Shown piece by piece: positions 26,392-38,969 of a DNA stretch of 64,000 bases; within the stretch, counting starts at the first letter, position 1; every line of letters begins with the position of its first letter. The stretch covers positions 39,432,001 through 39,496,000 of the forward strand of contig OX597839.1 of the NCBI GenBank assembly GCA_951406725.2, in the 5' to 3' direction. This DNA is from Octopus vulgaris (lineage: Eukaryota). Both the position numbers and the translations under genes were made by a program. The notes beneath the pieces were generated by a model, which saw only the letters and a program-made list of their open reading frames with translations, was not told where the DNA came from and did not search any database.

Positions 26392-26662
26392 AAGTGCCAT
26401 TCGAGTGCGATCGTTACCAGCATCGCCTTACTGGCACTTATGCCAGTGGCACGTGAAAAACAACATTCAAGCGAGGTCATTGCCAGTGCCGTTGGAGTGG
26501 CTCCTGTGCAGGTGGCACGTAAAAAAAACACCATTTGAGCGTGGCCGTTGCCAGTACCACCTGACTGGCCCTCGTACCGGTGGCACATAAAAGCACCCGG
26601 TACATTCTCGGAGTGGTTGGCGTTAGGAGGGGCATCCAGCTGTGGAAACTCTGCCAGATCAG
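26392..26662 (+). mobile_element. Family C retroposon body fused directly to the LINE fragment
   Basis: Three GTGGCAC(G/A)T(A/G)AAA units followed by GAGTGGTTGGCGTTAGGAGGGGCATCCAGC. Confidence 0.8.
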
Positions 26663-26934
26663 ACACACATATCTACATACACAAATTATACACAAATATG
26701 CATAAATGTCTGTATACGTAAATTTGTATGTGTGTGTATACATACACAAATATATACACGCACACACACCTATACACAAACGATGTAAATTATGTAGGAA
26801 ACACGAAGCTTAACATCATCCATATGTATATGAGTATACACATACGTGTGTATATATGCATATACATAATATACACATGTATATATACATACGTACATAT
26901 ACATACATATATATACACACTCACATGCACATAT

Positions 26935-27040
26935 ATATACATTGATATACAAATATACACACACATATATATACATTGATATACACATACACACACACAC
27001 ATATATATATACATTGATATACACATACACACGTACATAT

Positions 27041-27071
<31 letters not shown>

Positions 27072-27152
27072 CATTGATATACACATACACAAGTACATAT
27101 ACACACACACACACACATATATATACATTGATATACACATACACACGTACAT

Positions 27153-27190
<38 letters not shown>

Positions 27191-27272
27191 TGATATACAC
27201 ATACACAAGTACATATACACACACACACACACACACATATATATACATTGATATACACATACACACGTACAT

Positions 27273-27303
<31 letters not shown>

Positions 27304-27558
27304 CATTGATATACACATACACAAGTACATCTACACACACACACACACATATATATACATTGATATACACATACACACGTACATATACACACACACACAC
27401 ATATATATATACATTGATATACACATACACACGTACATACACACACACACACACACATATATATATACATTGATATACACATACACACGTACATATACAC
27501 ACACACATATATATACATTGATATACACATACACACGTACATATACACACGTACATAT

Positions 27559-27589
<31 letters not shown>

Positions 27590-27700
27590 CATTGATATAC
27601 ACATACACACGTACATATACACACACACACATATATATATATACATTGATATACACATACACACGTACATACACACACACACACACATATATATATACAC
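26935..27700 (+). repeat. Microsatellite-derived minisatellite, ~50-60 bp unit
   Basis: ATTGATATAC anchor occurs about 14 times, mostly as CATTGATATACACATACACA(C/A)GTACAT-(AC)n-(AT)n. Confidence 0.92.
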
Positions 27701-28151
27701 ACACACACACACATACACACATGCAGATGTATCTATGCATATAACATGAGCAGAATCATAAGGTCAGATTGTAAATTCTGGCGTCAAACCATTTTGACTG
27801 ATGCCTGCCTAAATGTTTGAACAACAATGTCGCGGAAATAAAAGAGGACAGACGAGAAGAGATGCCAAACCTGCCAATCCTAATCACGACCACCTCCATC
27901 TATTAAGTACATATGTGTGTGTGTGTGTGGTCACATGTGTTATTCAAGGATTGGTCTTGTTGGGCATCAGAAATACCAAAAGAATGAATGAGAAAGCAAA
28001 AGAATTGAAAATAGATTTGAAATTCTTGGGAACAAAGTATAGCCAATGTCACGTATGTATATATGTGTATACATTTGTGTATGCCACACACACACATAAA
28101 TATGCACATATGTGCAGATATATACACATAAACATATATATATATATACAT

Positions 28152-28342
28152 ACTCTTTTAATTGTTTCAGTCATTTGACTGCGGCCATGCTGGAGCACCG
28201 CCATTTAGTCGAGCAAATCGACCCCGGGACTTATTCTTTGTAAGCCCAGTACTTATTCTATCGGTCTATTTCGCCGAACCGCTAAGTGACGGGGACGTAA
28301 ACACACCAGCATCGGCTGTCAAGCAATGCTAGGGAGACAAAC

Positions 28343-28405
<63 letters not shown>

Positions 28406-28571
28406 TACGACAGGCTTCTTTCAGTTTCCGTCTACCAAATCCACTCACAAGGCATTGGTCGGCCCGGGGCTATAGCAGAAGACACTTGCCCAAGATGCCA
28501 CGCAGTGGGACTGAACCCGGAACCATGTGGTTGGTTAGCAAGCTACTTACCACACAGCCACTCCTGCGCCT
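28152..28571 (-). mobile_element. SINE family A, full length, little diverged
   Basis: Nearly identical to 31465-31899 and to the reverse complement of 56664-57080. Confidence 0.92.
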
Positions 28572-28581
28572 GTGTCTACAT

Positions 28582-28800
28582 GTTTCTTTATTGCCCACAG
28601 GGGGCTAAACATAGAAGGGGGACAAACAAAGACAGACAAACGAATTAAGTCGATTACATTGACCCCCAGTGCGTAACTGGTACTTAATTTATCGACTTGA
28701 AAGGATGAAAGGCAAAGTCGACTTGGCAGAATTTGAACTCAGAACGTAACGGCTATGCATTTCGCCCGGCGTGCTAACGGTTCTGCCAGCTCACCACCTT
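28582..28800 (-). mobile_element. SINE family B
   Basis: Reverse-complement match to family B. Confidence 0.85.
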
Positions 28801-29084
28801 ATGTATATACATATATAGATATATATGTATAGACACACACACATATAAATATATACACATATCTACACATGCAGAGATATGTGTGTGTTGTGTGTGTGTG
28901 TGTGTGTAGTCAAGAACTTTGCTTCCTAGCCATATAGTCACAGGTTAATTTCCACTGTGTGCAAACCTTGCTCAAATGTCACAGGGTCCTGGGTTCAGTC
29001 CCATTGCGTAATAAATAAATACAATAAAAAAAAAAAAAAATTATTATTATTATTATTTTTATTGTATTTTTTATTGTATTTATA

Positions 29085-29375
29085 TTTGAGTAACACTGTC
29101 CGTTTTTTTATGTCCTTGTTTTTGTCCACATTTGCTGCTTTCTTCCAAGGAATCTAACTCTCTTAGCTTAGTTTTTTCCTTGGGGCTGGCCAGATTGGAG
29201 GAATCTCAAGAATAATCAGCTGAAATTGCAAGGATAATCTGGTTCTTGACTGAAGAAAGAAAACTTTGAATAACCCATCCTTATTTTCTTTGTATCGTCT
29301 ATCTGGATGTTTTGTTGTCCCTTTTTGCATCACCTAGGTGTCCGGATGTTCTGCGTTCTTGTCCCATTTTGTATT
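29085..29375. mobile_element. Repeat island next to (TA)n, probably a PLE terminal-repeat fragment
   Basis: Homologous to 38340-38455 (AATCTGG...GAAAGAAAACT..GAAT...GGATGTT.TGCG..CT.GTCCCAT). Confidence 0.45.
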
Positions 29376-29378
29376 ATA

Positions 29379-29422
<44 letters not shown>

Positions 29423-29482
29423 AATGAATATATATATATGTATGTGTATACATTTATGTATATATGTGTGTGAATATGTAAG

Positions 29483-29513
<31 letters not shown>

Positions 29514-30338
29514 GTGGATAAACATTTCCCGCTGGTCAAGCAGTTGTTTTTACTGTTCATCGTTAGGTCACTATTAATCAAGAAGACCTATGATTAAAGA
29601 CACTCCATTCATGACCACCCGAGCTTTCTCTATGAACCAGGAACCAAGGAAAATTTTATCCAATGGTTTTTTTTTTGTTCCCATTTTTGTTTTAAGACAC
29701 GTATGGAGAAGAAAAGTGTGGTGATTTAAGGGAAATTTTGGTTGTATTTCTAGCATGGTTAGCAACCACATAGAGGTTTTACTCATTGGCTTCCAACCCC
29801 CCATTAGTCATAGCGGTGGTAGTTGGTAGGCGTGGTCTGATGATGATGATGATGATGATGGTTATAGTGATGGTAGTGTTGGTGAAGTGCTGTAGTCTGA
29901 TAGTTTTAATAGGAGAGAACGGGTGGAAGGGTGGGGCAATAGTGTTGGGAGGATGTAGACAGGGGGTGGAGGTGGGGTTGTTTATAGGTCGATAAGACTG
30001 GAAATTGAGGTATTTGGCAGGGGAGAAAAACCTTTAGTTATCCGAAGAAGAGGTGAGAGTGGGGAGGAGGGTGGTGGTTGCAGATGGTTGGAGGGGTGGG
30101 GAGATGGGTGGGAGTACAGGTGAGGGTGGTGGGGTAGGCTGCAGATGAAAATAAACGCAGTAGAAGAAGGTAAGACAGACAGGTAGGTAAGTATGTATTT
30201 GAGTATGTAAGGGTGTATGTAGTGTATATGTGTGTGTATATATAAACAAATGTGTACTAGACCATGTATGCTTAGGTATATAGATATATATATATATACA
30301 TACACACACATGCGTGTATGTATATACATGTGTGTGTG

Positions 30339-30420
<82 letters not shown>

Positions 30421-30544
30421 CATACACGTGTATATATATGTATATATACAAATACACACACACACATATACATATGTATGTCAATATGTACATGAGAGTG
30501 TTTGTGCATGTGTGTTTATTAGTATGGATATGTATCTGTATGTT

Positions 30545-30589
<45 letters not shown>

Positions 30590-30665
30590 CTATATACACA
30601 CACACATACAAACACATATTCATATTAATACACAAACACTCATATATATATATATATAAATAGAG

Positions 30666-30698
<33 letters not shown>

Positions 30699-30864
30699 TA
30701 TACATTTCCAACTTACTTTCAAAACCTCATTTTTGCTTTGTTGCTTTTACCTCAAGAATATTCCAGAAGAATATTTCATTTAATTCTCCAGTACAAAAGC
30801 CAACCCTATCTAGCCCAAACATTGTCCTTATTTTATTTTCAAATAGGCCGGATCAAAATGAAAA

Positions 30865-31205
30865 TCAAATGGAAATTGTAGTTATGCTACCCGTGCCAGT
30901 GGTACGTAAAAAGCACCACCCGAACATGGACGATGCCAGCGCCACCTTGACTGGCTTCTGTGCTGGTGGCACATAAAAAGGACCAACTGATCCTGGCTGT
31001 TGGCATCTTCCTCTGGCCCCTGTGCCAGAGGCACATAAAAAGCACTCACTATGCTCTGAGTGGTTGGTGTTAGGAAGGGCATCCAGCTGAAGAAACACTG
31101 CCAGATCAGACTGGAGCCTGGTGCATCCTCCTGGCTTCCCAGACCCCAGTTGAACCATCCAACCCATGCTAGCATGGAAAACGAATGGTAAACGATGATC
31201 ATCAT
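30865..31205 (+). mobile_element. Family C retroposon
   Basis: GGCAC(G/A)TAAAA units, TTAGGAAGGGCATCCAGC and a (GAT)n tail. Confidence 0.82.
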
Positions 31206-31464
31206 GGGTTTCTTTCAGTTTCTGTCTACTACATCCACTCACAAGGCTTTGGTCGGCCCAAGGTTATAGCAGAAGACACTTGTCCAAGGTGCCACACAGT
31301 AGGACTGAACCCAGAACCGTGTGGTTGGGAAGCAAGCCTCTTACCACACAGCCACACCTGCAGCAAAAAACAATATATTTTGTGCATTGTACATCTTCGA
31401 TTTTGACTTGTATCAGTCATTTGACCATGGCCATGCTGGGGCACTGCCATGAAGGGTTTTAGTA

Positions 31465-31680
31465 TACTCTTTACTCTTTTACTTGTTTCAGTCATTTGAC
31501 TGCGGCCATGCTGGAGCATCGCCTTTAGTCGAACAAAGCGACCCCGGGACTTATTCTTTGTAAGCCCAGTACTTATTCTATCGGTCTCTTTTGCCGAACT
31601 GCAAAGTGACGGGGACGTAAACACACCAGCATCGGTTGTCAAGCAATGCTAGAGGGACAAACACAGACACACAAACACAT

Positions 31681-31736
<56 letters not shown>

Positions 31737-31899
31737 GACAGGCTTCTTTCAGTTTCCGGCTACCAAATCCACTCACAAGGCATTGGTCGGCCCGGGGCTA
31801 TAGCAGAAGACACTTGCCCAAGATGCCACGCAGTGGGACTGAACCCGGAACCATGTGGTTGGTTAGCAAGCTACTTATCACACAGCCACTCCTGTGCCT
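31465..31899 (-). mobile_element. SINE family A, full length
   Basis: Complete head-to-tail match. Confidence 0.92.
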
Positions 31900-32669
31900 A
31901 TAACCAATTTATTACACAAATTTTAATAGCAAAATCTTATATGGACACTAGTTAAGAACCACAGAACAAAACGCTTCAAGGTGGTGCTCCAGCATGGCTA
32001 CTGGCTAATGATGGAAACAAATACAAACAATATAAGGTACCAAGAATATACTCAAAGTCACTTTAGATGGCTAAGAACACATTAACCGTTTCTATATTGT
32101 CTAGCTTAGCTTCATCTATACCAGACTTTTTATGAATAAATGATAAATGGTTAGTCAAAATTCTGTAACAAGAACATTCTGGTAGAATGACAGCTTAGTC
32201 TAAGAACACCCACTACATTTTTTTGTCATTTTCCTGTCTGACTTAGCTTCAATACCTGAGTTTTTGTATACAATCATTAGTAAATTTTTTTCTTCTTTTT
32301 TTTTTTTTTCTGCTGTTTTTTGCTTTCGTTATTTTTATACTAAGTATGTTCCGGATGGCAGCTTGGGGTAAGAACACACATTAGCTTTTGGAATTGTCTG
32401 GGTTAGGTTTCAATGGTTGAAATTCTATATACAACTGGTTGCAAACCTTTTGCTACTGAGTGTTTTGTCTTCAGTATTAATCAATTAGCTACAATACTTA
32501 ATGTGTGTGTGTGTGTGTTATAAACATATACACCCTTTTATATTAAGAAGCAATTATCATAGTGTATAATTTTATTGTGTTATACCTTTTGATGATCAAA
32601 CAAAATAGAGATAGAGATATTAATTTGTTTAGCTATATATCTCTGACTGCATATGTCTATTTATCAATA

Positions 32670-32714
<45 letters not shown>

Positions 32715-32935
32715 GTCAATATATATATATCAATATATATATATACATATATGAATATAATGAATATATATATAAATATACATATATGTATTTACGAATA
32801 TATACATATATAGATCAATGTGTGTATATATATATGTATATATGAATATATATATATACATCAATGTATATAAATAGATCAATATATATGTATATCAATA
32901 TTTATAATATATATATATCAATACACGTGTGTGTG

Positions 32936-32979
<44 letters not shown>

Positions 32980-33869
32980 CATATATCAATCTATCAACCT
33001 AACTATCAATATATTTATACCGATCTATGTACCTATCTCACAGTTTGTCTATTTATCAGTATACATATCTGTCTAACTAGATAGCTACTAGCTAGCTATT
33101 TAACTACCAAACTATCAATACACTTATCTACTAATCAATCTATCTATCTTCATACATACATACATATATAACGATGCAGCTATTAATCTATCAATTTGTC
33201 TATAGGTCTTTTGATCTTTTGCTTGGCTGCAAGTTCAAAGGTCATGTGTGAGAGTGTATATAATGTATATACAAAAATACGTCTCACCATCATCATCACT
33301 TTTAACATCCACTTTTCCATGGGGTGATAGAATAAGTTGAGGCAGATAGTCTGCAGCTGGGTGCCTTTCCTGTTGCCAGCACTCACCTCTTTCCAAGTAA
33401 AGGAATATTCACCCCCATGACAAGACATTTTCATGGAAGATTGTAAAGAAACAACACTGCTTGTATAACAATGGCACTTGTTTACAAATCGAAAAGTAAA
33501 ATTACTTTCTGAAGTCATACAGACTCATAAGGGCCGGTTACCTGGTCTCATTGCGTATACATTCCCCACCTGGACGGGACACTAGTCATCTCGCACGATT
33601 ACTCATTTTTGCCAGCTGAGTGGACTGAGCAATGTGAAATGAAGTGTTTGGCTCAAGAACGCAATACGTCACCCAGTCCAGGAATTGAAACCACAATCTT
33701 AGGATCAGAAGTCCAACACCCCAACCACTAAGCCATACACCTCCACCATATTTTATTTCATTTTTTTTTACATCTTTTATCCAACTGATGCCATCAGAGA
33801 TATAAAACGAGATATAAAACATGATAACGATGAAAATGTTTACATGTGTGTGTATGCACTCTCATACTA

Positions 33870-33994
33870 ACAAATGCATGTGTGTGTGTGTGTGTGTGTG
33901 TGTGTGAGCATGTGTGCGGTGCATCTTTTGTGTGCGCGCATGTGTGCGGTGCACCTTTTGTATGCGTGTGTGTGTGTGTGTGTGCGCATGTATC

Positions 33995-34032
<38 letters not shown>

Positions 34033-34175
34033 GTATCTTTTTGTGTGTGTGTATGTGCACGCATGTGTGTGGTGTATCTTTTGTGTGTGTGTGCACGCGC
34101 ATGTGTGTGGTGTATCTTTTGTGTGTGTGTGTGTGTGTGCGTGTGCAGTGTATCTTTGTGTGTGTGCATGTGTAA
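33870..34175 (+). repeat. (TG)n-derived minisatellite with a GTG(C/T)ATCTTT anchor
   Basis: About seven recurrences of the anchor separated by TG runs. Confidence 0.85.
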
Positions 34176-34936
34176 TGCAAAGTGAAATGAAGCCATTAAT
34201 CCTTGAATTAGATACACACATGTGCACCTATGTGTGTGTGTGTGTGTGTGTGTGCACGCATATGTATAAGTCTATGCTTACATATGTGTGTGTCTGTATG
34301 TGTGTCGAGGAAGGGGAACCTGTGAGCTTCAGAACGTGTATTTGAGTGCATGACTGTATGAACGTGTGTGTGTGTATGTGTGTGTGTGTGTGTGTGTGTA
34401 TGTGTGTGTGTGTGTGTGTATGTGTGTGTGTAAGCATGTATGAGACACTGTGGAATATAAACATCTGTTTGAGTATATGTAAATAATACTTAACATCAGC
34501 TATAAGGGAAGGGGAAACGAAGTGTTACCTAGCAACAACGTCCTGTTTACTTACACACACCCTCACACACACCCTTACACACACATGCATGTATGCTCTC
34601 TTCTATTCTTTCCCCGGTTCAGTTTCTGGTTAACAATCACACGAGGACAGACCCTTCAAGGGTCATGAAAAATTTCGCTCAATTACATTGACTACCTTAG
34701 AATTTATTGTAGTACTCAATTTATCACCCACCGCTTGAGGAAATGATAAGCATTTTGATAGGGCATCAAAAGGGTTAAGGTGTCTAAACTGAAACCTCTT
34801 ATCAAAATTTCGCCTTCGTTTGTTGCAAACATTGACTTAATAATAACGAGATTATTTAACTAAATTCGTTATTATTTTCAAATTGATAAAAAAGTAGTGT
34901 GTGTATTTTAATAGAAATATCCTACCTACTATAATG

Positions 34937-35358
34937 AACAAGGCCTGGATTTTTGTGGGGAGGGGGACAACTGATTACATCGACTCCAGTAGTTGACTTG
35001 TACTTAATTTATCGACCCTGAAAGGAAAAAAGGCAAAGTCAACCTCGGCAGAATTTGAACTCAGAACAGAAAGACAGGCGAAATACTGCTAAGCATTTCA
35101 CCCGGTGTGCTAATGTTTCTGTCAGCTCCCTGCCTAAATATTCTTTTCTACTCTAGGCACAAGGCCTGAAATTTTGGGGGAGGTGGCCAGTCAATTAGAT
35201 TGACTCCAGTATGCAGCTGGTACTTAATTTATCAACCTTGAAAGGATGAAAGGTAAGGTCGACCTCAGCAGGATTTGAACTCAAAACAAAAAGACAGGCG
35301 AAATACTGCTAAGCATTTCACCCAGTGTGCTAACGCTTCTGCCAGCTTTCCACCTTAT
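34937..35358 (-). mobile_element. SINE family B subfamily, two tandem copies
   Basis: Repeated TACTTAATTTATC..CC.TGAAAGGA..AAAGG..AAG..TC.ACCTC..CAG.ATTTGAACTCA. Confidence 0.85.
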
Positions 35359-36251
35359 ATTTCAATAGAAATATGGTAACAAATGGGTTAAAGTGATCTA
35401 ATTTAACACCTTCCATCAAAATTTTATGTTTATTTATGTTCAAAACATAAGTTTAATAATAACGAAGTTATTTTACAAAAGTCTTCGGTGCCCCAGCATG
35501 GCCACAGCTCATGAGCTGAAACTAGAATCAATCAATCAATCGTCTAGAAATAATTTAAAACAAAGGCAGGGTACTTCAACAGAGTGCCACAATAAAAGCA
35601 CTATGTGGAGAGTACAGACAGGATTTTAAGTGGTAGCTTAATTAATTAATTAATGCAAGGATATTTGCTAATGAATGATAACGTAATGACACTAATTTTC
35701 TTATCATTATTTTCAAAAATAACAATTGAAACAACAATTATATGAACACCCACATTATGTATGTTGACTAGACAATGTATGTTGTGTGTGTGTGTGTGTG
35801 GTTGTGTGTGTGTGTGTGGTGTGTGTGTGTGTGTGGTTGTGTGTGTGTGTGTGTGTGGTTGTGTGTGTGTGTGTGTGTGTGGTTGTGTGTGAATGAAGAC
35901 ACATGGCTCAATGGATTGAGCATCAGGCTTACAAACATGAAGTTGTGAGTTTGATTCCCACACTGGGCTCTGTGTTGTGTTCTTGAGCAAGACACTTTAT
36001 TTCACATTGTTCCCATTCACTCAGCTGTAGAAATGGGCTGTGATATTGTTAGCGCCAAGCTGTATCGGCTTTTGCCTTTGCTTTGGATAACATCAGCAGG
36101 ATGGAGAGAGAGGAGGTTGGTATGCATGGGTGACTGCTGGTCTTCCATAAACAACCTTGCCCGGACTTGTGCCTGGGAGGGTAACTTTCTAGGTGCAATC
36201 TCATAGACATTCATAATTGAATGGGGTCTTTACCATTTATGTATGTATGTA

Positions 36252-36285
<34 letters not shown>

Positions 36286-36296
36286 TGTATATATAT

Positions 36297-36535
36297 AAAA
36301 AATAAGGTACTCAGAAATCTGGATGGTTGTACATTTACAGATTTTTATTAATATGTCACATATTTTCATAAATCATATATTAGCGCTTGCATCTACTCTA
36401 GTAGATTCTTCAGATTTCTGAAGAATCTACTAGAGTAGATGCAAGCGCCAATATATGATTTATAAAAACATGTGACATGTTAATAAAAATCTGTAAATGT
36501 ACAACCATCAAGATTTCTGAGTACCATTATTTTTT
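36297..36535. repeat. Near-perfect ~240 bp palindrome centred on two back-to-back hammerhead-like cores
   Basis: Arms of ~118 bp with few mismatches and axis CTTCAGA-TT-TCTGAAG. Each arm reads outward CUGAAGA-AUCUAC uaga GUAGAU-GCAA-GCGC-(U/C)A. Confidence 0.9.
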
Positions 36536-36569
36536 CTAGTATATAATACCTGTAAATTACCTCCGAACC

Positions 36570-36624
<55 letters not shown>

Positions 36625-36954
36625 CATATATATACGTACACACACACACATACAATAAGCTTCTATACAATTTCCATGAAACCAAGTTCACTCATAAAAT
36701 ATTGATCCACCCACAGATAATAAAACACTTGCTGAACCTAAGACAATATGGTTGCCAAGCAAGATTCTAAAGCCCTAAGCCATGCCTGCACTCATATATA
36801 TAAAGTCTTACATGTAAAATTATAGAGACAGAATGCATAGACTACAGATGAGTAAGATAAGCAGGGAACAGGGGAGACATTTTTATGTGACTATCTACAA
36901 CAGTCCCTTACAGGCTCCTTTCATTTCTATTTTCACTCAACTGGACCCACATAG

Positions 36955-37372
36955 TAGGAGTGGTTGTGTGGTAAGTAGATTGCTTACAAACCACATGGTT
37001 CTGGGTTCAGTCCCACTGCATGGCACCTTGGGCAAGTGTCTTCTACTATAGCTTCGGGCCGACCAAAGCCTTGTAAGTGGATTTGGTAGATGGAAACTGA
37101 AAGAAGCCCATCGATATATATATATATATGTATGTATATGTACGATATATATATATGTGTATGTATATGTATGGTTGTGAGTCTGTTTGTCCCCCAACCA
37201 TCGCTTGACAACCGATGCTGGTGTGTTTACGTCCCCATAACTTAGCAGTTTGGCAAAAAGAGACTGATCGAATAAGTACTAGGCTTACAAAGAATAAGTT
37301 CAGGGGTCGATTTGCTCGACTAAAGGCGGTGCTCCAGCATGGCCACAGTCAACAGACTGAAACAAGTAAAAG
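36955..37372 (+). mobile_element. SINE family A, full length
   Basis: Complete match to family A. Confidence 0.9.
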
Positions 37373-37597
37373 ACATCCAATATGGTCATGGTACAGATAA
37401 TTGGTTAGCCTGAAGCATAGATATGGCTTGTATAGATAACACAGAAGGAGACAATAATCAATCAGTAAAATTTACTAAATCAATGAATCCAATTTACTTG
37501 GTTCCACACTGAATTAGACAAAAATTCCGTAAAGATGACCACTACTATATAACTCTAGTAAAGAGCCACAGAATTTGCTAACCATGCAATAAGAATA

Positions 37598-37849
37598 GAA
37601 TAGGTAATCATGTACGAGACATTTCAAAGAAAGCTCACCAAATGTAACTTTAAGGGGCTACGTAGATGTTCAGTGTTCCTTCTCTTCAGGTACTTTCCTA
37701 TTGGTCCCTTACGACAAGGGATTTGTAAGTGACAAGTAGAAAAGTAGCTGAAGAGGAGGTACAATGAATATCTTATAAGCAACTTAAAAGTTACATAATA
37801 CACATTTGGTGAATCTTTTGAAACATATGTAGTGCATAATTAGCTATTC
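37598..37849. repeat. Old imperfect inverted repeat (foldback), ~120 bp arms
   Basis: GAATAGGTAATCATG...TCACCAAATGT...CTCTTCAGGTACTTT pairs with AAAGTAGCTGAAGAG...ACATTTGGTGA...CATAATTAGCTATTC. Confidence 0.8.
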
Positions 37850-38092
37850 CATACCTTTCACTAAGGCATAGTGATATATATACATCAGAGAAAAGCATTA
37901 GTTAAGTAAAGAGTGTAATAATAAGTTATATAAATGACAAGGGACCAAGAAATTATGTAATGTGAAGTTCATTATATCATTCCTTGTTCCCTTGTCATTT
38001 TATGTAATCTCTCATATATATATATATATATGACTGTCTGTTTTCCATGTTCGCCAATTCGTGAATTTCACGTTCTTTATATATAAAGTTTT

Positions 38093-38142
<50 letters not shown>

Positions 38143-38194
38143 ACCGCATGTGTACCGTTGGTGATTTTTTTTCCTCTGTCTTCCCTTCTCCTAT

Positions 38195-38229
38195 GTTTCC
38201 AACGAAGAGCTCCGCTTGAAACGTTAAAC
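38195..38229 (+). ncRNA. Degenerate minimal hammerhead motif in a PLE-like island (38140-38325)
   Basis: GUUU-CCAACGA-a-GAGC ucc GCUU-GAAAC-GUU-AAAC; the core is mutated. Confidence 0.45.
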
Positions 38230-38969
38230 CCTCCCTTCTTTCCTGAGCATCCAATAATACTATATTTGTTCCATGTCCTCGCGTTGTTGCGTTTTTTTGT
38301 GCTTTCTTGTTTGGATTAACTTTATATATATATATATAACCAGACAAAGCCGCAAATCCAATCTGGAACTCAATTGACGAAAGAAAACTCCGAATGACCG
38401 TCTTTGTATCATCAGTGAGGATGTTTTGCGGTCTAGTCCCATGTTTTATATTCTTATATATGTATATATATAAATATATATATACACACACACATACATA
38501 TATGTGTGTGTGTGTATGCATTATATAATATTAAATACACTCACACATATATATGTGTATGAATGTACACACTCACACATATATGTTCAATATTATATAT
38601 ATATGTGTAGTGAAAGAGTACCAGACGGAACGAAGAAGCAAGGTGGTTGTCGGTGCCAAAGTGTGGCTGCAATCTGACAACGAAAACCAATGAATGAATA
38701 AAAGAACAAAGGAATAGTCTAACTAGAATACATTCCTTCTGCCTTTTGATGTTTTAATTTTTCCGAAAACAATCAAGAATTAATTATGAAAGATTCAGTG
38801 AAGTAATTAAAACTGACTTTCAACTTAATAACAGACAGTTTATTTATTTATTTTATCTATTAAAAATCTTGTATCTTTTCATGTAAAAGAGAGGAACTTG
38901 TTCCAAAGTTGCAGCGGTGCCAAAAGGGTTAAGACAATAACTTCTATAGATCAGGGTTACTCAGATGCC

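Noticed and set aside
26935-27700. Repeat-plus-variable-spacer pattern as CRISPR-like
   Set aside because: The spacers are only (CA)n(TA)n length variants.
37690-37724. Plus-strand 35-nt microexon (TTCTCTTCAG|...|GTAAGT)
   Set aside because: Both signals are parts of the palindrome arms and there is no other plus-strand gene evidence.
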